Source of the DNA: Squalus acanthias
Taxonomy: Eukaryota
Length of the DNA: 64,000 nucleotides
Direction of reading: 5' to 3'
NCBI GenBank assembly: GCA_030390025.1
Contig: CM059431.1
Location: 152,212,001-152,276,000 of the forward strand
Shown here one piece after another: positions 62,595 to 64,000 of this stretch. The notes beneath the pieces were generated by a model. The model did not search any database. It worked only from the letters and a program-made list of their open reading frames with translations, and had not been told where the DNA came from. The position numbers and the translations under genes are program-made. The number at the start of each line of letters is the position of its first letter. Within the stretch, counting starts at the first letter, position 1.

Positions 62595-64000
62595 ATTCCT
62601 TCATGGGATATGGGCGTCACTGGCGAGGTCCGCATTTATTGCCCATCACTATTTGCCGTTGAGAAGGTGTTGAAACACTTACTTGACCCGCTGCAGTCCG
62701 TGTGGTGAAGGTACTCCCACAGTGCTCTTTGGGAGGCAGTTCCCGGATTTGGACCCAGTGATGATGAAAGGACGGCGATATATTCCAAATTCAGAATGTT
62801 GTGTGAGCTGAAGGGGAACCTGGAGGTGATGGTGTGCCCATGCGTCAGCTGCTCTTGTCCTTCTAGTTCGTAGAGTTCATGGGATTTGGGGGGTGCTGCC
62901 GAAGAAGCCTTGGCGAGTTGCTGCAGTGTATCTTGTAGATGGTACACGCTACAGCCACGGTACTCCGATGATGGAGGGAATTAATTACGGTGTTGGAAGG
63001 GACGCCAATTAAGCGGGCTACATTGACTTGCACGGTGTCGAACTTCTTTAATCTTATTAAAGCTGCACTCATCCAGACAACTGGAGAGTATTCCATAACA
63101 CTCCTGCATTGTGCCTTGTAGATTGCAGAAATGCTTTGGAGGGTCATGTGTTCATGCACTCGACGTAGAATACCCAGCCTCTGACAGGCTCTTGTTGCAG
63201 CAGTATTTATGTAGTTTGTCCAGTTACGTTTCTGGTCATTGGTGACCCTTAGGATATTGATGGTGGCTAATTCGGCAATGGTAATGTCGTTGAACGCCAA
63301 GGGACGGTTTATTAGATGCTCGCTTGTTCGAGATGGTCATTGCCTTTCAATTGTGTCGCGCGAATGTTACCTGCCACTTATCAGCCCAAGCTTAAATGCC
63401 GAAAAGATCTTGCTGCATGTGGGCATGGACTGCTTCATTTTCTTAGGAGTTGCGAATGGTACTGAACACTCTTCAGTCATCAGCGAACATCCGCACTTCT
63501 GAACTTATGATAGAGGGCAGGACATTGATGAAGCAGCTGAAGATGGCTGGACCAACACCCTTCCCTGAGGATGTCCTGCAGCGATGTCCTGGGGCGGTGA
63601 TGATTGACCCCCAATCACCACAATCATCTCCCTTTGTGCTCGGTATGACTCCAGTCCAGTGGAGAGATTCCCCCCTCCCGATTCCCATTGACTTCAGTAT
63701 TACTGTGGCTCCTTGATGCCACATTCGCCCTAATGCTGCTTTGATGTCAAGCACAGTCACTCTCACATCACCTCTGGAATTCAACTCCTTTGTCGATGTT
63801 TGGACAAAGGCTGAAATGACGTCTAGAGCCGTGTGGTCCTGGAAGAACACAAACTGAGCATCAGTGAGCAGGTTATTGGCGACTAAGTGTTACTTGATAG
63901 CTCTTTCGATGACATATTCTATCACTCTGCTATTGATTGAGAGTTTACTGATGAGGACGTAATTGGCTGGATTGTATTTGTCCTGCTTTATGTGGACAGG
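62595..64000 (-). mobile_element. CR1/L2-group LINE, paralogous to 2283-3683
   Basis: VRMFADD in ORF 63473..63850; same junction with the satellite. Confidence 0.9.

Overview
Eukaryotic, repeat-dominated DNA, most likely from a cartilaginous fish. That assignment is an inference from the CR1 LINE types, a Deu-domain SINE fragment and GPR139-like receptor paralogues. The window is a segmentally duplicated cluster holding three minus-strand copies of a GPR139/GPR142-like class A GPCR. One copy looks intact: two exons, join 60043..59974 + 59062..58161, 323 aa, with TATA and CCAAT boxes. The other two are pseudogenes: 1-272 (frameshift plus a 658-bp deletion of exon 1 and promoter) and 41408-42237 (frameshift plus 5' truncation). 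Around them are a 26-bp satellite, eight decayed tRNA-Lys(UUU) copies with shared flanks, many nested CR1-type LINE fragments, and an RTE LINE with a 17-bp TSD. Also present are three MITE-like elements, a 1660-bp solo LTR, a spuma/loki-like env remnant, an 87-bp Penelope-type insert carrying a minimal hammerhead ribozyme motif, and a ~43-bp minisatellite built from the CR1 3' tail. All alignments were made by eye, and LINE boundaries are approximate.
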